Below are positions 25,786 through 37,400 of a stretch of 53,628 bases of DNA, one piece after another (position 1 is the first letter of the stretch; each line of letters starts with the position of its first letter). This DNA comes from a virus (taxonomy: Duplodnaviria; Caudoviricetes): the IMG/VR virus record IMGVR_UViG_3300031974_003381, positions 1 through 53,628 of that record; one strand, given 5' to 3'. The notes under the pieces are model-generated. The model was not told the DNA's origin. It made no database searches and saw only the letters and a list, made by a program, of their open reading frames with translations. Both the position numbers and the translations under genes were made by a program.

Positions 25786-26227
25786 TAGGCTGCTCCTCTT
25801 CTAGCGATGGTTCCTGCACATTAACAGCCCAGATGGAACGCAGCTTGTCATGCCAGCGAACAAAGGGATGTTTGCCATGACACAGATCCAGCATTGCCTG
25901 TATGTCGCCGGCGCTGGCCGCTGGCAAAAACAGGTAGCTGCCCTGCGTGCAGGCGGTCGCCACATAACGATCGCCTGCCGCCTTTGGATATTCAGGCGGT
26001 ATGTCTATGCACACTGCGGCAGTCGGAACTGGCAACGCTTGTTTGCAGAACCGATCCGCCTTAAGCCCAGTATCAATCAGCACGCCTGGCACAAACCACA
26101 GAGCCAGCCATGCTGCCACACACAACGCAATGACGCGCGCCATGAACACAGACCAGTCTGGGAGCCAGACAATGTGTGTGCCTATTTCTTCATGCGCTCG
26201 GAGGGCCAGACGCTCTCCGCGACGCAT
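25778..26227 (-). CDS. Membrane-anchored Cys-containing protein
   Basis: One TM segment followed by four Cys; located in the lysis cassette. Confidence 0.5.
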   Translation of the reverse strand: MRRGERLALRAHEEIGTHIVWLPDWSVFMARVIALCVAAWLALWFVPGVLIDTGLKADRFCKQALPVPTAAVCIDIPPEYPKAAGDRYVATACTQGSYLFLPAASAGDIQAMLDLCHGKHPFVRWHDKLRSIWAVNVQEPSLEEEQPNG

Positions 26228-26472
26228 CAGTCTTCTTCACAGGCAGACTGATACTTAGTGTTGTACCGAATGATCCGCTCGACCGTTTCCGGTGTGTCGC
26301 ACAGGTTCTGGTCATCATACTTGCGCGAGCCGTCGCCTTTCTCTGGCGTGCAATAGTGGTAGTCGATTGCTTCGATCTGGTTGCAGATCATGGGCGAGGT
26401 CTTGCCAACCTCAACGGTGGACACACAGCCTGTCGTTAGAAACGCAGCTGCGCCAAACATAACCATCCTCAT
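26227..26472 (-). CDS. Putative o-spanin (Rz1-like lipoprotein)
   Basis: Lipobox-like FLTTGC, 81 aa, directly after the i-spanin candidate. Confidence 0.65.
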   Translation of the reverse strand: MRMVMFGAAAFLTTGCVSTVEVGKTSPMICNQIEAIDYHYCTPEKGDGSRKYDDQNLCDTPETVERIIRYNTKYQSACEED

Positions 26473-26738
26473 AGTAGTGGTCCTCTGTTGTGCGGATCTG
26501 TTTCCGCAATGGCCTCCACCCCACCGGTTGCGAGTGCACGATCCAGCTCATCTTCTGCCTGCTGTACGCGATCAGTTACGCGCATCTCCTCATCAGCCAG
26601 ACGATTTCTCCAAACCAGATCGCGTTCTTTTCTAATACGATGATCCCGCGCAGCCAACCACGCAGTCCATCCAATGAATGCCAGCAGCGCGCCACCAATG
26701 CCTTGCGCTACACGATTGCCGAGAAACCACTGCCACAT
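26469..26738 (-). CDS. Putative i-spanin (Rz-like)
   Basis: N-terminal TM then a helical charged region; directly after the endolysin. Confidence 0.55.
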   Translation of the reverse strand: MWQWFLGNRVAQGIGGALLAFIGWTAWLAARDHRIRKERDLVWRNRLADEEMRVTDRVQQAEDELDRALATGGVEAIAETDPHNRGPLL

Positions 26739-26747
26739 ATCGATGCC

Positions 26748-27860
26748 CTATATCATAACCTGTGTTGCACTGTCGCGACCGCGCTGCCGTATGGTTTCGC
26801 CACGCCGCTCCATCACCCAGCCAGCAACCCACTGCACTGCTGCGATCACAACGACAATGCCGCCAACCAAAAGCGCCAAGCTTGTGGGGTTGCTGACCAG
26901 CTCCATAAACATGGTAGCGACCACGCCACCGATGCCACCGATCTTCGCCACGGACCCAGCCATTGCGCGCATCATAACGCCGATCGTGATGAGCATCTGC
27001 CCAACGAAGCGCTCCGTTGCTTCCATAGGTTTGGCGCCATTGTTCGGATCGATCTGTGGCGGCAGCTCTGCCATAGGTACTGAGCGCGGGAACTGCTCTT
27101 TAGGCAATGACTTCAATCGATCTGCACCACGCGCCTGCTGATCCAGCGGATAGTTCTTGGCGACGCGCAACACCTCTTCCCACGTTGTCTTGCGGGTCAC
27201 GCGATCCTTCCAGCGCCCAACCTTTTTTCCATCGGCGTTGACGTAGTCAGGATCCCACTCGCTTTCTACCTCCATGACAATGTTGTCTTCGTGGCAGGCA
27301 ATGCTCCAGTCGTATCCTAAAAACAGACAGGCCTCTGCGTAGTGTCTCCGCAACAGCCCGCGCAACGCGCGCTTCCATTCCGACCCCAGTTCCAGCGGCT
27401 GACCGTCAGGGCCCTGCGCCCAGTTTATCGTGCCGTCTGCGTTTTCCGTCGAGCGCACCGTGCCATAGATCCATTCGCCGAAATGCGCGGCCGCATCCGT
27501 CATGCGATTGCTCAGCACATAACTGACTACGGTCGACGTCCTGAACGCGGTAATGCCGACGTTGTAAGCGAAGACAACCAGCGCATCGAACTCATGCTGT
27601 TTCAACTGGGTCGGCACATGCTGACGCACTGCCCGCTCATAGACCTGCAGTGTTCGGCGGTTCAGCGTCGCTGCCTGCTGCCGTGTCAGGCGATCACCCT
27701 GTTTCACCTGAGAGCCATCAGGATACTCCGTGACGCCGTCGCCGATCGTCCATGTACCTACCGCATCCTGATACGCCACAAGGTGCGTCAGGCCGTCTCC
27801 CTGCTTCTCAAACGACGCGTTAAGCGCAAGGCCCCACATGCTGGTTGATGTAACTGTCAC
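26748..27860 (-). CDS. Endolysin, GH24 lysozyme with C-terminal hydrophobic helices
   Basis: FE...AYQDAVGTWTIGDG (E-D-T triad), QHEFDALVVFAYNVG and GLLRRH.AE; C-terminal TM segments. Confidence 0.9.
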   Translation of the reverse strand: MTVTSTSMWGLALNASFEKQGDGLTHLVAYQDAVGTWTIGDGVTEYPDGSQVKQGDRLTRQQAATLNRRTLQVYERAVRQHVPTQLKQHEFDALVVFAYNVGITAFRTSTVVSYVLSNRMTDAAAHFGEWIYGTVRSTENADGTINWAQGPDGQPLELGSEWKRALRGLLRRHYAEACLFLGYDWSIACHEDNIVMEVESEWDPDYVNADGKKVGRWKDRVTRKTTWEEVLRVAKNYPLDQQARGADRLKSLPKEQFPRSVPMAELPPQIDPNNGAKPMEATERFVGQMLITIGVMMRAMAGSVAKIGGIGGVVATMFMELVSNPTSLALLVGGIVVVIAAVQWVAGWVMERRGETIRQRGRDSATQVMI

Positions 27861-29350
27861 CCAAATGCTCCCTCATAAACAACGATAGCGGCCGCCTCTG
27901 GCTGTGTCAGATCGTGCGCGTGGACCGTCAGCAATCCATTTGCATCAATGTTAAACACCAGCTGCAGCTCTGCCTCTTGCTCCCCCAAGCCCTCTGGCAA
28001 TTCGAACGTGTACGCTTGTATCAATTTGTTGTCGGCAGCGCGCGGCTTGTCGCCTTGGTATACGCCAATCGCAAGACAGGACTGCGCTTCCTTGACGTTT
28101 GTTATCGTGGCCTCAGCGCGGAACCCAAACGCTGTGCCCTTCGACACGACCTGATGTATGTTGCCGCCAGCAGTCTCGATCCCGATCGACATGGGCAGGA
28201 TGTCTGCCTCCATAATCGACGCAATCCTTTCGTCCAGCGCGGCGCCTTTGATCGCCGCACCGATTGCCACGATCTCGTCTGGGTTGATGTCAGCCCTAGG
28301 CTTTTTGTTGAAGAACGCCTGCACTGCCTCGCGGATCATGGGCACACGCGTCATTCCGCCGACCAGTATGATGGCGTCAATCTGGGCCGCGCTTCGCTTA
28401 GCTTCAACCATTGCCAGCTTCGTGCTTTTCAGACAGGTCATCACAAGGTGCTCGACCAGCGCTTCATATGCGTCGCGCGACAGCGTTTCCTTAATGTGGA
28501 CTGGTGCCTGTCCCTCTTCGGCATTGACGTAGGCGAACGCCAGCTCGACGTCTGCCTCGTTCTTTGTCGTCAGTGTGATCTTGGTACGTTCAGATGATCG
28601 CATCAATCGCAGAAACCGATACGCATCTGCCGATAGATCGACGCCTGTCTGCTCTTTGTGCTGATCAACCAGCCAGCGCGCAATCTCTTCATCAAAGTTC
28701 AGGCCGCCCAGTCTCGTGTCGCCGTTGGTCGCTAGGTGCTGATGGAAGCCTTTGCCAATCTCCATGATGGACACGTCGAACGTACCGCCGCCCAGATCGA
28801 ACACTGCAACAGTGCTGAACTTGTCATGGTCCAGCCCGTACGCAATCGCGGCAGCCGTCGGTTCACCAAGCAGGTGCACCTCTTTGAACCCTGCCAATTC
28901 GCCCGCCTTCATAGTTGCGCGCTTAGCTTCTTCATCGAAGTAGCTCGGGTGCGTAATGACTGCGCGATCCAGCGTCTCGCCAATCTCTTTCTCAGCTGCT
29001 TCCTTCAGCTTCTCTAGGACCAGACCAGACAGCTCAGCTGGATGCCACGTCTTGTCTGGACCGCGCAAAGCAGCAAAGCCCAGATCGCCTTTGACAACCT
29101 GTGGCCCCATGTCGATATCATCATTGTAGCGCACACCCATCAGGCGTTTGTAGTTGGTGAATGTGTGCTCAAGATTACGAGCCGCCTGCGCTATCGCCTC
29201 ATCACCAATGAACAGGTTGTCGCCAAGGAATGCGACGGCCGACGGCATCGTGGTTTTGCCAGACGGCAGCGTGATCACCTTCGTGATATCGCCGTGGTGA
29301 AACGCAATCGCGCTGTTGCTGGTACCCAAATCAATGCCGCATGTGAGCAT
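27857..29350 (-). CDS. dnaK: Hsp70/DnaK-family chaperone lacking the alpha-helical lid
   Basis: GIDLGTSNS, EPTAAAIAYG, VFDLGGGTFDVSI, ILVGGMTRVP, NPDEIVAIGAA, YQGD..RAADNK and FNIDANGLL. Ends at 497 aa. Confidence 0.92.
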   Translation of the reverse strand: MLTCGIDLGTSNSAIAFHHGDITKVITLPSGKTTMPSAVAFLGDNLFIGDEAIAQAARNLEHTFTNYKRLMGVRYNDDIDMGPQVVKGDLGFAALRGPDKTWHPAELSGLVLEKLKEAAEKEIGETLDRAVITHPSYFDEEAKRATMKAGELAGFKEVHLLGEPTAAAIAYGLDHDKFSTVAVFDLGGGTFDVSIMEIGKGFHQHLATNGDTRLGGLNFDEEIARWLVDQHKEQTGVDLSADAYRFLRLMRSSERTKITLTTKNEADVELAFAYVNAEEGQAPVHIKETLSRDAYEALVEHLVMTCLKSTKLAMVEAKRSAAQIDAIILVGGMTRVPMIREAVQAFFNKKPRADINPDEIVAIGAAIKGAALDERIASIMEADILPMSIGIETAGGNIHQVVSKGTAFGFRAEATITNVKEAQSCLAIGVYQGDKPRAADNKLIQAYTFELPEGLGEQEAELQLVFNIDANGLLTVHAHDLTQPEAAAIVVYEGAFG

Positions 29351-30462
29351 TACGCATCCCCCTCAAGATGATCGTCGACCCGCAGGTGATGCGCGCGCTT
29401 CGCTTTCTTGTAATGGGCATTGGCGTTGCCGCCTTTTTGCCCACGTATTTGTGCAGCGGTCAGGTCCGGCAGCGTCTCCTCTTGCGACGCTTCCTCCTCT
29501 GGTGCATCTGCTGCAGGTTCTTCGGCGGGCGGGGCGGCGGTGTTGACTTTGCTGACATGCTCTTGCTCCTCCACTTCTAGCTCGCGCAATTTGCCTACAA
29601 AGAACCGGTGCAGATCGTAGTACGCACCAAGGCCAAATGCCGCCATCGCTTCAATGAACAGCGCGAACATGAACAGCACAGCGATGCTGATATTGTTGGC
29701 AGACCAAGGTAGGATCTTACCGAGCACATCAAAGATTGCGTAGAACACGCTGACCTCTGTTGTCTCCTCGGCATTCTTCACCTCTACCTGTTCGGTCTGC
29801 GTCAGGATCACGCGCTTCTCATCGCGCTTCTCCTCAATCAATTCGCCAAACCGCGCACGAATGCCGGCCATGTCAGAACGGATGCCTGCAATCTGTTCGT
29901 TGTCTGCTCGGCTAATGCCAGGCACGCCATCGTCAGCAATCAGATCAATCTGCTGCTGGCTGAGAGCCAGTGCTGCATCCCGCTCTTCTGCCAGCGCTGC
30001 AATCTCTTCATCGATCAACGCCAGCTGCTCGTCATTGTTCTGTACTGTCTGCTCAGTGGTGACCTGCGAAACTTCGGCGTTCTTCGTCTGGGCGCTGTGA
30101 CCGCCGGCAAAAAACGACATGGCAGGGATAAGGCACAGGAGGATTGAGCCCACCCACAGAGCGCGCACTGTCGCCCTAGCGCCTCTGATTTCTGCCATGC
30201 CGCGAACCCACTGCAGCGCAACGCCTGCAGAGATCGCCACTGTTCTGATCACCAACGCGATGAGCATGAACACTGGAATGAGGTAGGCCTCTGGTGCCCA
30301 CGCCATGAAGAAGATTGCGTCTAGTATGTAGACCGCAACGATCGCGCCGATGCACGCAAATAGGAACGCCTGATCAGCGAACCGAATGATCGCAGTCGGA
30401 TCCGCGTCAAAACGTTCCTGCACATTTTCGTTTCGCGCGCGTGTAAACGGGTTCAGGTTCAT
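29350..30462 (-). CDS. Multi-pass membrane protein with a long coiled coil
   Basis: Three N-terminal TMs, a ~130-aa coiled coil, a further TM, then an acidic/basic tail (DUF4407-like topology). Confidence 0.65.
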   Translation of the reverse strand: MNLNPFTRARNENVQERFDADPTAIIRFADQAFLFACIGAIVAVYILDAIFFMAWAPEAYLIPVFMLIALVIRTVAISAGVALQWVRGMAEIRGARATVRALWVGSILLCLIPAMSFFAGGHSAQTKNAEVSQVTTEQTVQNNDEQLALIDEEIAALAEERDAALALSQQQIDLIADDGVPGISRADNEQIAGIRSDMAGIRARFGELIEEKRDEKRVILTQTEQVEVKNAEETTEVSVFYAIFDVLGKILPWSANNISIAVLFMFALFIEAMAAFGLGAYYDLHRFFVGKLRELEVEEQEHVSKVNTAAPPAEEPAADAPEEEASQEETLPDLTAAQIRGQKGGNANAHYKKAKRAHHLRVDDHLEGDA

Positions 30463-30472
30463 GGCGTCATCC

Positions 30473-30913
30473 TCAAAATAAACTCTGCATTACGTTGGCA
30501 ACGTACCTGCTCTGACTGGCGTTGGCTCCGATGATCACAGCCAGAATGGATGCGATGGACCAGAACAGCGACCACGCTTTCGATCGGCTTGCCGCTTGCC
30601 GCGCTTCCTGCTCGTGCTTCAAGTCTTCGATCGCCTTGTCGATTTTGATCTGCGCCTCGCGTATGATCAGGTCGTATTGATCCTGCAGCTGATTGGTCAA
30701 CGCAGCATCCTGATCCTTGGATTGCTCGCGCACCTGCATAGCCAAACACTTGATCCGTTCCTTGATGTCTTTCATCATGGCGTCCAGATGCGTATCGTTC
30801 AACGCGCTGACGCGACGCTCCAGTTCGGCCAAATGTTTGTAGCCAGGCGCAGTCTCGAACGCCATTTCCAGTCTGGCTATTCGCGTCTCTATCGACAGGT
30901 CTGACATGCTCAC
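30473..30913 (-). CDS. Coiled-coil protein with a C-terminal TM (holin/XhlA-like topology)
   Basis: 146 aa: heptad-rich region followed by WSLFWSIASILAVIIG. Confidence 0.55.
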   Translation of the reverse strand: MSMSDLSIETRIARLEMAFETAPGYKHLAELERRVSALNDTHLDAMMKDIKERIKCLAMQVREQSKDQDAALTNQLQDQYDLIIREAQIKIDKAIEDLKHEQEARQAASRSKAWSLFWSIASILAVIIGANASQSRYVANVMQSLF

Positions 30914-31425
30914 CCCTCATGACGGACCGCTTTGCGGATTTCAAATTGTATCTGTGCAAGAATGCTGTGCTCGACGAACTCATCCCGCGTTGCATTGCCA
31001 TCGACAATCGCAGCCGACAGTATCTCCCAGCGTCGCCACAAACGTGCTGCTGTCTGCTCAACGGTTTCGTCTTCGACCATCTGCGCACGAAACGCATCGG
31101 TCATGCGCTCCGGTGTTAGCGTTATGTCGCCGGCCTCATCATGCGAACGCCCTTCGCCTTCGTTCAGCTCACGCTCGTTGATCGTCTCGATGATGTCGGC
31201 TTCTTCCTTTTTGTCGACATATACCTTGACGATCTTCTCAACCTCATACGGCTCAGACACACGCCGCTCGCGCCAGCGCACAATCTCACGCGGCCCGTTG
31301 TCTTCGACGGTCTTGCGTCGCGACTTCATCCATTCGATACGCGCGACCTTCCACTCCGCTGTCGTTTCGAAGTCTTCTCTGCAAGGTGGATACTTGCTCA
31401 GGATGATTGCACGATCGATGGCCAT
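30910..31425 (-). CDS. Hypothetical protein
   Basis: 171-aa charged ORF with a GTGA overlap with the next gene. Confidence 0.6.
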   Translation of the reverse strand: MAIDRAIILSKYPPCREDFETTAEWKVARIEWMKSRRKTVEDNGPREIVRWRERRVSEPYEVEKIVKVYVDKKEEADIIETINERELNEGEGRSHDEAGDITLTPERMTDAFRAQMVEDETVEQTAARLWRRWEILSAAIVDGNATRDEFVEHSILAQIQFEIRKAVRHEG

Positions 31426-31456
31426 GCCACACTATCGCAAGTAAACTGGAATGAAC

Positions 31457-34400
31457 TCAGCCAGGCTCGCCTTCTTCGAAGTCATAGCCTTGCATCATGG
31501 ACTGGCCGAAGGTTGGCAGGTCTTCGATCTCACCCGTCATGGTCGCAAGGCCTGTCTCAACAACCTTCTCGGCTTGGAAGATTGGGAAGCCACGCGCTGC
31601 TGCAAAGCCTCGACCCAATGCGTAAAGCAGATCAGACATTGCGTCGTCATCCATTTCCTCTCCGGTTAACAAACGATTGACCGCTTGGGATGCGAACGAG
31701 CCAGTTTCCGCAACAGCATCACCGAGCACACCTATTGGTGCCAAACCGGCCGGTCCTGAATATCCATATGGGCTCAGCGACTGCGCAAGCAAATTGGTGG
31801 TTGGGTTCATACCTAGGAAATATTTTGCCATCTCGTTGCTGAAGTGGGATGGCCATTCCTCTTCATCCTCTGGCAACTGACCACGCATGTACTGGATCCA
31901 CATGTAATACATGGTTGGCAATACCGAAAGCAGCATCAGGTCGTTGAGGTTCGCCATAAAACCATTGAACGAAAGGTGATTGCGGTTAGCCATCTTTGCG
32001 CGACCAAGATTGTAGATCGTAAACATCACCGACAGGAAGTTCGTCAAAAGCTTTTTGACAAGGCCTCCGCGCTGCGTGCCGGCCAAAGCCTGTATCTGAC
32101 CAGAGCCTTGGCTGTCAGTGACCGCCTGATCGGCGATCGCTGAGGCATCCACATCATCAAAACCACGGCTGCGCGCGAGATCAAAGGCACCGTTCCATGT
32201 CGGCAAATCTACCATGTAGAATTGCAGCTGCTGCATGGGCACCAGAGAATACTCTGCGATCTTGTCTACAACGTTGGACCTGCCCTGCATCCGCGCCAGT
32301 GCATCATTGACCTCGCGGTTCATCGTGTCCATGCGTTGCTGCATATACAGCGATTGGCGCGCGGCTGTTTCGGCAGTTTCTTTAAGCTTCGCGCCATTGC
32401 CCGAGTACGTCATAAGCATACCCTTCAGGGTTTGCCTCTTGCCAATCAGGGACATTGTCTGGAACAAACCAGCTGGCTGCAAAAAGATTGTGCCGAGGTT
32501 TGCGCCCAGCGCCATAATCGACATGTTGTTTCGCAGGCCACTCAGCGCGCGCTCTTCCCATGTCGTCAGGATTTGTGGCCCCTCTTTGGTTTCGCGAATG
32601 TGGGAAACAATTTGATCGTATGTTTTCCTGCCATACTTTTCGACGATAGCTCGCCGCACGTCTTCGTTTGTCAAGATCCGCGCAACGTCCAGCAACGCAC
32701 GCGTCAATCCGATCTCGGAGGAAACCTGATCAACGTGGCGCACAACAACTGACGTGAAGTCCAGCAGCACTGGCAACGTGACAACGTCCGCACGTTCCTT
32801 CTGAGCAGACACTTTCGTTTTGGCCGTAATAGATCCACCGGTTTTGCGCGCCTCTTGCATTGCTGCGTCATTCAACTGGCGCTGCTGTGTTGCAGTGGAC
32901 TGGCGTCCGTCATAGACCAGAGGGAAATACCCACCAGCTAAAATGATCTGCCTGCCATTCTCATCTTTGAATGGCGTAGCCAAAGGCACGGGCGGTTCCT
33001 TCTTCAGCGGCAATCCATGTATGTCTCTGTGCGCAGCATCCATGTCGCCGAAATAGCTTTCCAAGATGTCCCACATGTCCTGCACGAACATCACGTCGTC
33101 CACTGTCAGCAGTTCCATGATGCGCTGCAGGTCTTGGGGCTTGATGCCGCGACCATCAGCGAGACGCTGACGACCTTTGGCTGTGCCCGCATTCAGCAAA
33201 ATGCTGATCGCCATTTGTCGCGTGACCTCAGTGTTATTCTCGTCACTCAGGCGAAACCCTATCTTGTCTTTGCCCAGCTGATTGATGCCAGACACGCCAA
33301 ACCTTTCCTCAAGCGCATCCACTATGCGCTGCATCATCTCCTGCCGGATCTGTTCCTTGCGGGATATCGCTTCGTTCAACGGGCGCACTATGAAGTTCCA
33401 CACTACGCCGCCAGACTTAGCGCCATCCATCTCAAACGCGATCGATTGCAGAGAACGCTGCCCCGCTAAGATTTCTCGAACACCATCTACAAATCTGCCC
33501 CTCAGCGGATCAGAGCTGGGCGCCGCGACTGAACCCTTCTTCCTGCGAACCTGCGTTGCAACATCTGCCGCCGCTCTGGCAATGGTGCGGTTTTTGCGAT
33601 CGGTCAGCAGGCGATCCTTCGTTTTGGCAAGGCTGTGCACAAGGCTTGCCTGTGCTGCCACCTCTTCCATTTCGGCCAGCGTCATCGTGCGATACGACCT
33701 GCCACGCATGGAAGCAGCCATGTCGCGCAAGCGTTGCTCACGCTCCATCTCCGCCATCATTGCAATGGGATCTCCGCCATCTTCCACGCCGTCAAGCTTC
33801 ATATCGGATAGCTTCAACGGATCCTTGTCCAACAGTTGACGATCAACCCAGCTAAGAAAACGCTCGATCGATATGGACTGGCGATTGGTCTCAGGCTTCA
33901 GGCGATAGCGGTCGATGATGCCATTGAGGTGTTCGACATACTGGTTGCCTGCGCGCACGATACGCTTGAACCGCTCGCCCTTCGTGTAGCTGATAACCTC
34001 TTTGCGCTTACTCTCGAAACGCTGCAGCGCTTTCTCGCCCTTGCGATACATCTCTCGCAGCAACTGCGCCCGCGCTTTCAGGCGTTGCGCCTGTTCGATC
34101 TCACCCTCATTGATGGCGGCCGCCACTTTGTTTTCCAACCGATCGGCCTCAGCGCGCCACTGTCTCCAGCCAGCCAGCTGGTTGTATGTCATTTTCTCCA
34201 GCGCTTCGTCGGCAGCTACACGCGCCAGCCTGAGCGCCGGCTGTACGCCCATAGCCTCACTCAGAGCGATCATTTCTATTTCATGCTGCCGTTCACGGAC
34301 CTCGTTGTTGGCGAGGTCTGCAGCCATATCGGCCAGCTTCTCTTTGTCATACTGCGTTTCAGGATACTCATTTTCCATGACGGAATTGGTCATGTTGGCA

Positions 34401-37400
34401 ATCGCTTTGCCACGATCACCCCCGACCCCATTGAACGCTTCCAGCATTTCCGTTCCGTTAGCGAAACCAAACATGTGCGCTGCTTGTTCGACGCTGGTTT
34501 CCGGCAACGTTTCGTCATTCATCCGTAGCTTGATCTTGCGCGGCAGCGCCTTCACCAAATGCTTAGGGTAGTTTTTCAGATCCTGTCTGCTCAACCGCAT
34601 TGGTTTCAGCCCATCGGGCGGATCGATCGGCCCCCAGTTTTTGTACTTCGGTCCGTTCTGGAAGAATACGTTTTTGGCTTGCAGCTTTTTGATCGCTGTG
34701 ATGCGGTCGGTCTTGCCGCCGTACTTGACCACCTGCAGACCAGCATCCCGAAGCATCTTCAATATGTCTGCCTCTGTGTCATCAGGAACGACCGCAGCGA
34801 CGAACTCCTGCAGTGCCACGGGTCGCGTTGCCTTTGCCTCAAAGTACTCCGTTGGCATACGGAAAAACATTTCAGTGATCTGCCGCTTCAAGTCCATCAA
34901 TGCTGTATTACGATCGCTTGCATACACTCCGTCCAGATTGCCCAGCAAAAGTTGATTAATCCAGTCGTCGGGATCCCGATTGTTCAATACCTCTTCGGGT
35001 AAGATGCGTTTGATCTCACGCTCGAAGAGGCCCACGGCCTGATCGGCAAATGATTTCAGCGAGTGGAACTGACGAGCGCTGACAATTTGCTGGCGCGCTT
35101 TGGCGACTGCCTCTTTGCCCGCGAGCTTTTCCGCGACCAACCCGCGTACGTAACCAGCCCCGCCGAACGCACCTTCTCCACCACGGATGCCGTGCAAGAA
35201 CATCGCTTCGACAACGTTCTCCAAAGTGTACTCTTTAGTCACTGGATTTCCGTCTGCGTCGAAACCGACGAGTACCTCCGAGCGCCGTTCTATTGAGGCA
35301 AACTGCGTGTCGACATAATCAAGATAGCTGTTGAGCAATTCGCCAGCTTTCTTCTTGCGCGTGCCATGCGCCAACGCAACACGCACACGATCTTGCACCC
35401 GCATGTGCGCAATGTTCCCATGATTTTTGACGTGCTGGTAATATGCAGCCAGCGTGATGAACCGCCGATAGTCAGCGTTCTGCATGAGCTGCTCACTATC
35501 GAGGCCGGTCTCCTCCGCATACGCCTCTCTCAGCTTTTTGCTAAGTGCCACATCAAAATACGCGTTCTTCCATGCCTCCATAAAAAATATATTGTCATCA
35601 ATCTGCATGATCGACGTACGGTCTTTCGCCATTTCCCAAATGTTATCGATTGCTACGATGGGCCGCCTAGCCTCAATAACTGCTTGACCTTGATCGGCGA
35701 TGTCGAATGCCTTACGCGCCAGCAACTTGATGTTACTATCAAAGCCTTTGTCCATCTCCGGCAGACGAAACTCAGCAGCATCTTCGCTGATCAACCCTTC
35801 CCTGTAACCCCACAACAAAAATTCCATACTGGACTGATCATCAAGTCCTGTTTTGCCATACCGCTTGATAGCCGACTCGTTGTTATACGTTGTAGGTTTG
35901 CTTACGAAGCGTGTGACATGTTCAGGTGCACGCTGATAGCGATCAGGAAGTTCAGCCCTAACTCTTTCGTAAAGCGCTTCAACAGACTTTTCTTCGATGA
36001 CTATTTGTTCCTTGGGCTGGCGCGGCGAATACACGTCCGCATTAAAGACGTGTATGTCCTTGTCATCCAACAACTCAGGCGACGCTATCAATGAGATATC
36101 ACCGAAGCTTTCAAACTCTCCAATATCGGTACGCGACACGGCGATGGATGGCCCTGCAAATCCGCCCAGCTCATCTTGAAAACGTAGTGCTCTGTCTCGC
36201 GTGTTGTGCACAACATACAGATTGCGCTCACGTGTTGGCTCCAGCACGCCAGCCATTTGCTGCTCATTGGCGAGATTGCTGACGCTGAGATATACGCTTT
36301 CCATGCCCAGCTTTTCTTGCAACCGCTCGACAGTCAGTTGTGTTATGGGCCTGTGGCCAAATGGGTCCGGCGGCATTGGGATACCCGCAGCCATCGCCTC
36401 AACCATAATCGCCGCCGACTGCAATGCATTAAGCGGCGTAGTTGTGTGCCAAGGAATGTCAGGGAAACCGTCCGGCACGAGCACAGCCAGACGATCATCG
36501 TCTGTTGTATCCAGAACGGACTTTAGCTCACGACCTGACTGCAATACCGGACGAAGTTTTCTCGGTGCCCGATGGCCGCCGTCTGACCAGACCTGTACCG
36601 ATCCATCTTCTTCGACAAGAACCCAGCTAGCTGAATAGTCAAATTTCTGGTGCGGCGAGATAATCATCATGCGCGTCGCTTCGAAGATTTGTTCCGGCGT
36701 CTTTTTCGCCTTGTACATCTTCATCGCTTGCGCCATCGCCTTGTCTTCGCGCGTGTTGCCTTGGAACAACCATTGGCCAGGTTGCCTGCGTGGCAGGTCT
36801 GCCGTGCCTGCCTCTTTGTTAATGGCTTCAACCTCAGCGTCTGGCAGGACACGAACGACACGCATCTCGCCGCCAATGAGCCACTCACCCTGCATGTTTG
36901 GGTTTGTCTTGTACCGGTAGTGCCCACCCTCTGGGATGCGATCGGTAATGTCGGCTGTGCTGGCAATGATTTCGCCGGCCTTATTGCGACGCGCTCCAGC
37001 GTTTGCCTGAGACTGCCAGTCAACATCGTCGCCCAGTTCAACCTCTGCCCACACCTGATCTGGCCGGCGCGTGTCTGGCCCCTTGCTCTGGCTGCTAAGC
37101 TTAGCGCCAATGTGTGGCGCCGCAGGGACATCGCCGGCGTGCCAGCCAGGCCGGTACTTCAGCGCGCCAATGCTGGACTTCACGCGGCCCTGCGCGTCCA
37201 TCACCCCAGACGTCGCGCCGATCCACCGCCCCATAGGCACAGGTGTTTTCGACTGCACGAACAATGGGAACAGTTCGCCTGGCCGCTTCGGATCCAGCCG
37301 GAATAGCTTGTAGGCTTTCACCTTCTTTTTTGGTTCCTGCACGAAGGGATATTCTTCCGCCTGCTCCTGCGCAGTCTCCTCAATGAACGGCTGACGCCCT

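Noticed and set aside
27857-29350. Host chromosomal dnaK marking a prophage boundary or chimeric contig
   Set aside because: The gene overlaps phage genes on both sides, is diverged and lid-less, and lacks dnaJ/grpE neighbours. Read-level confirmation is still advisable.
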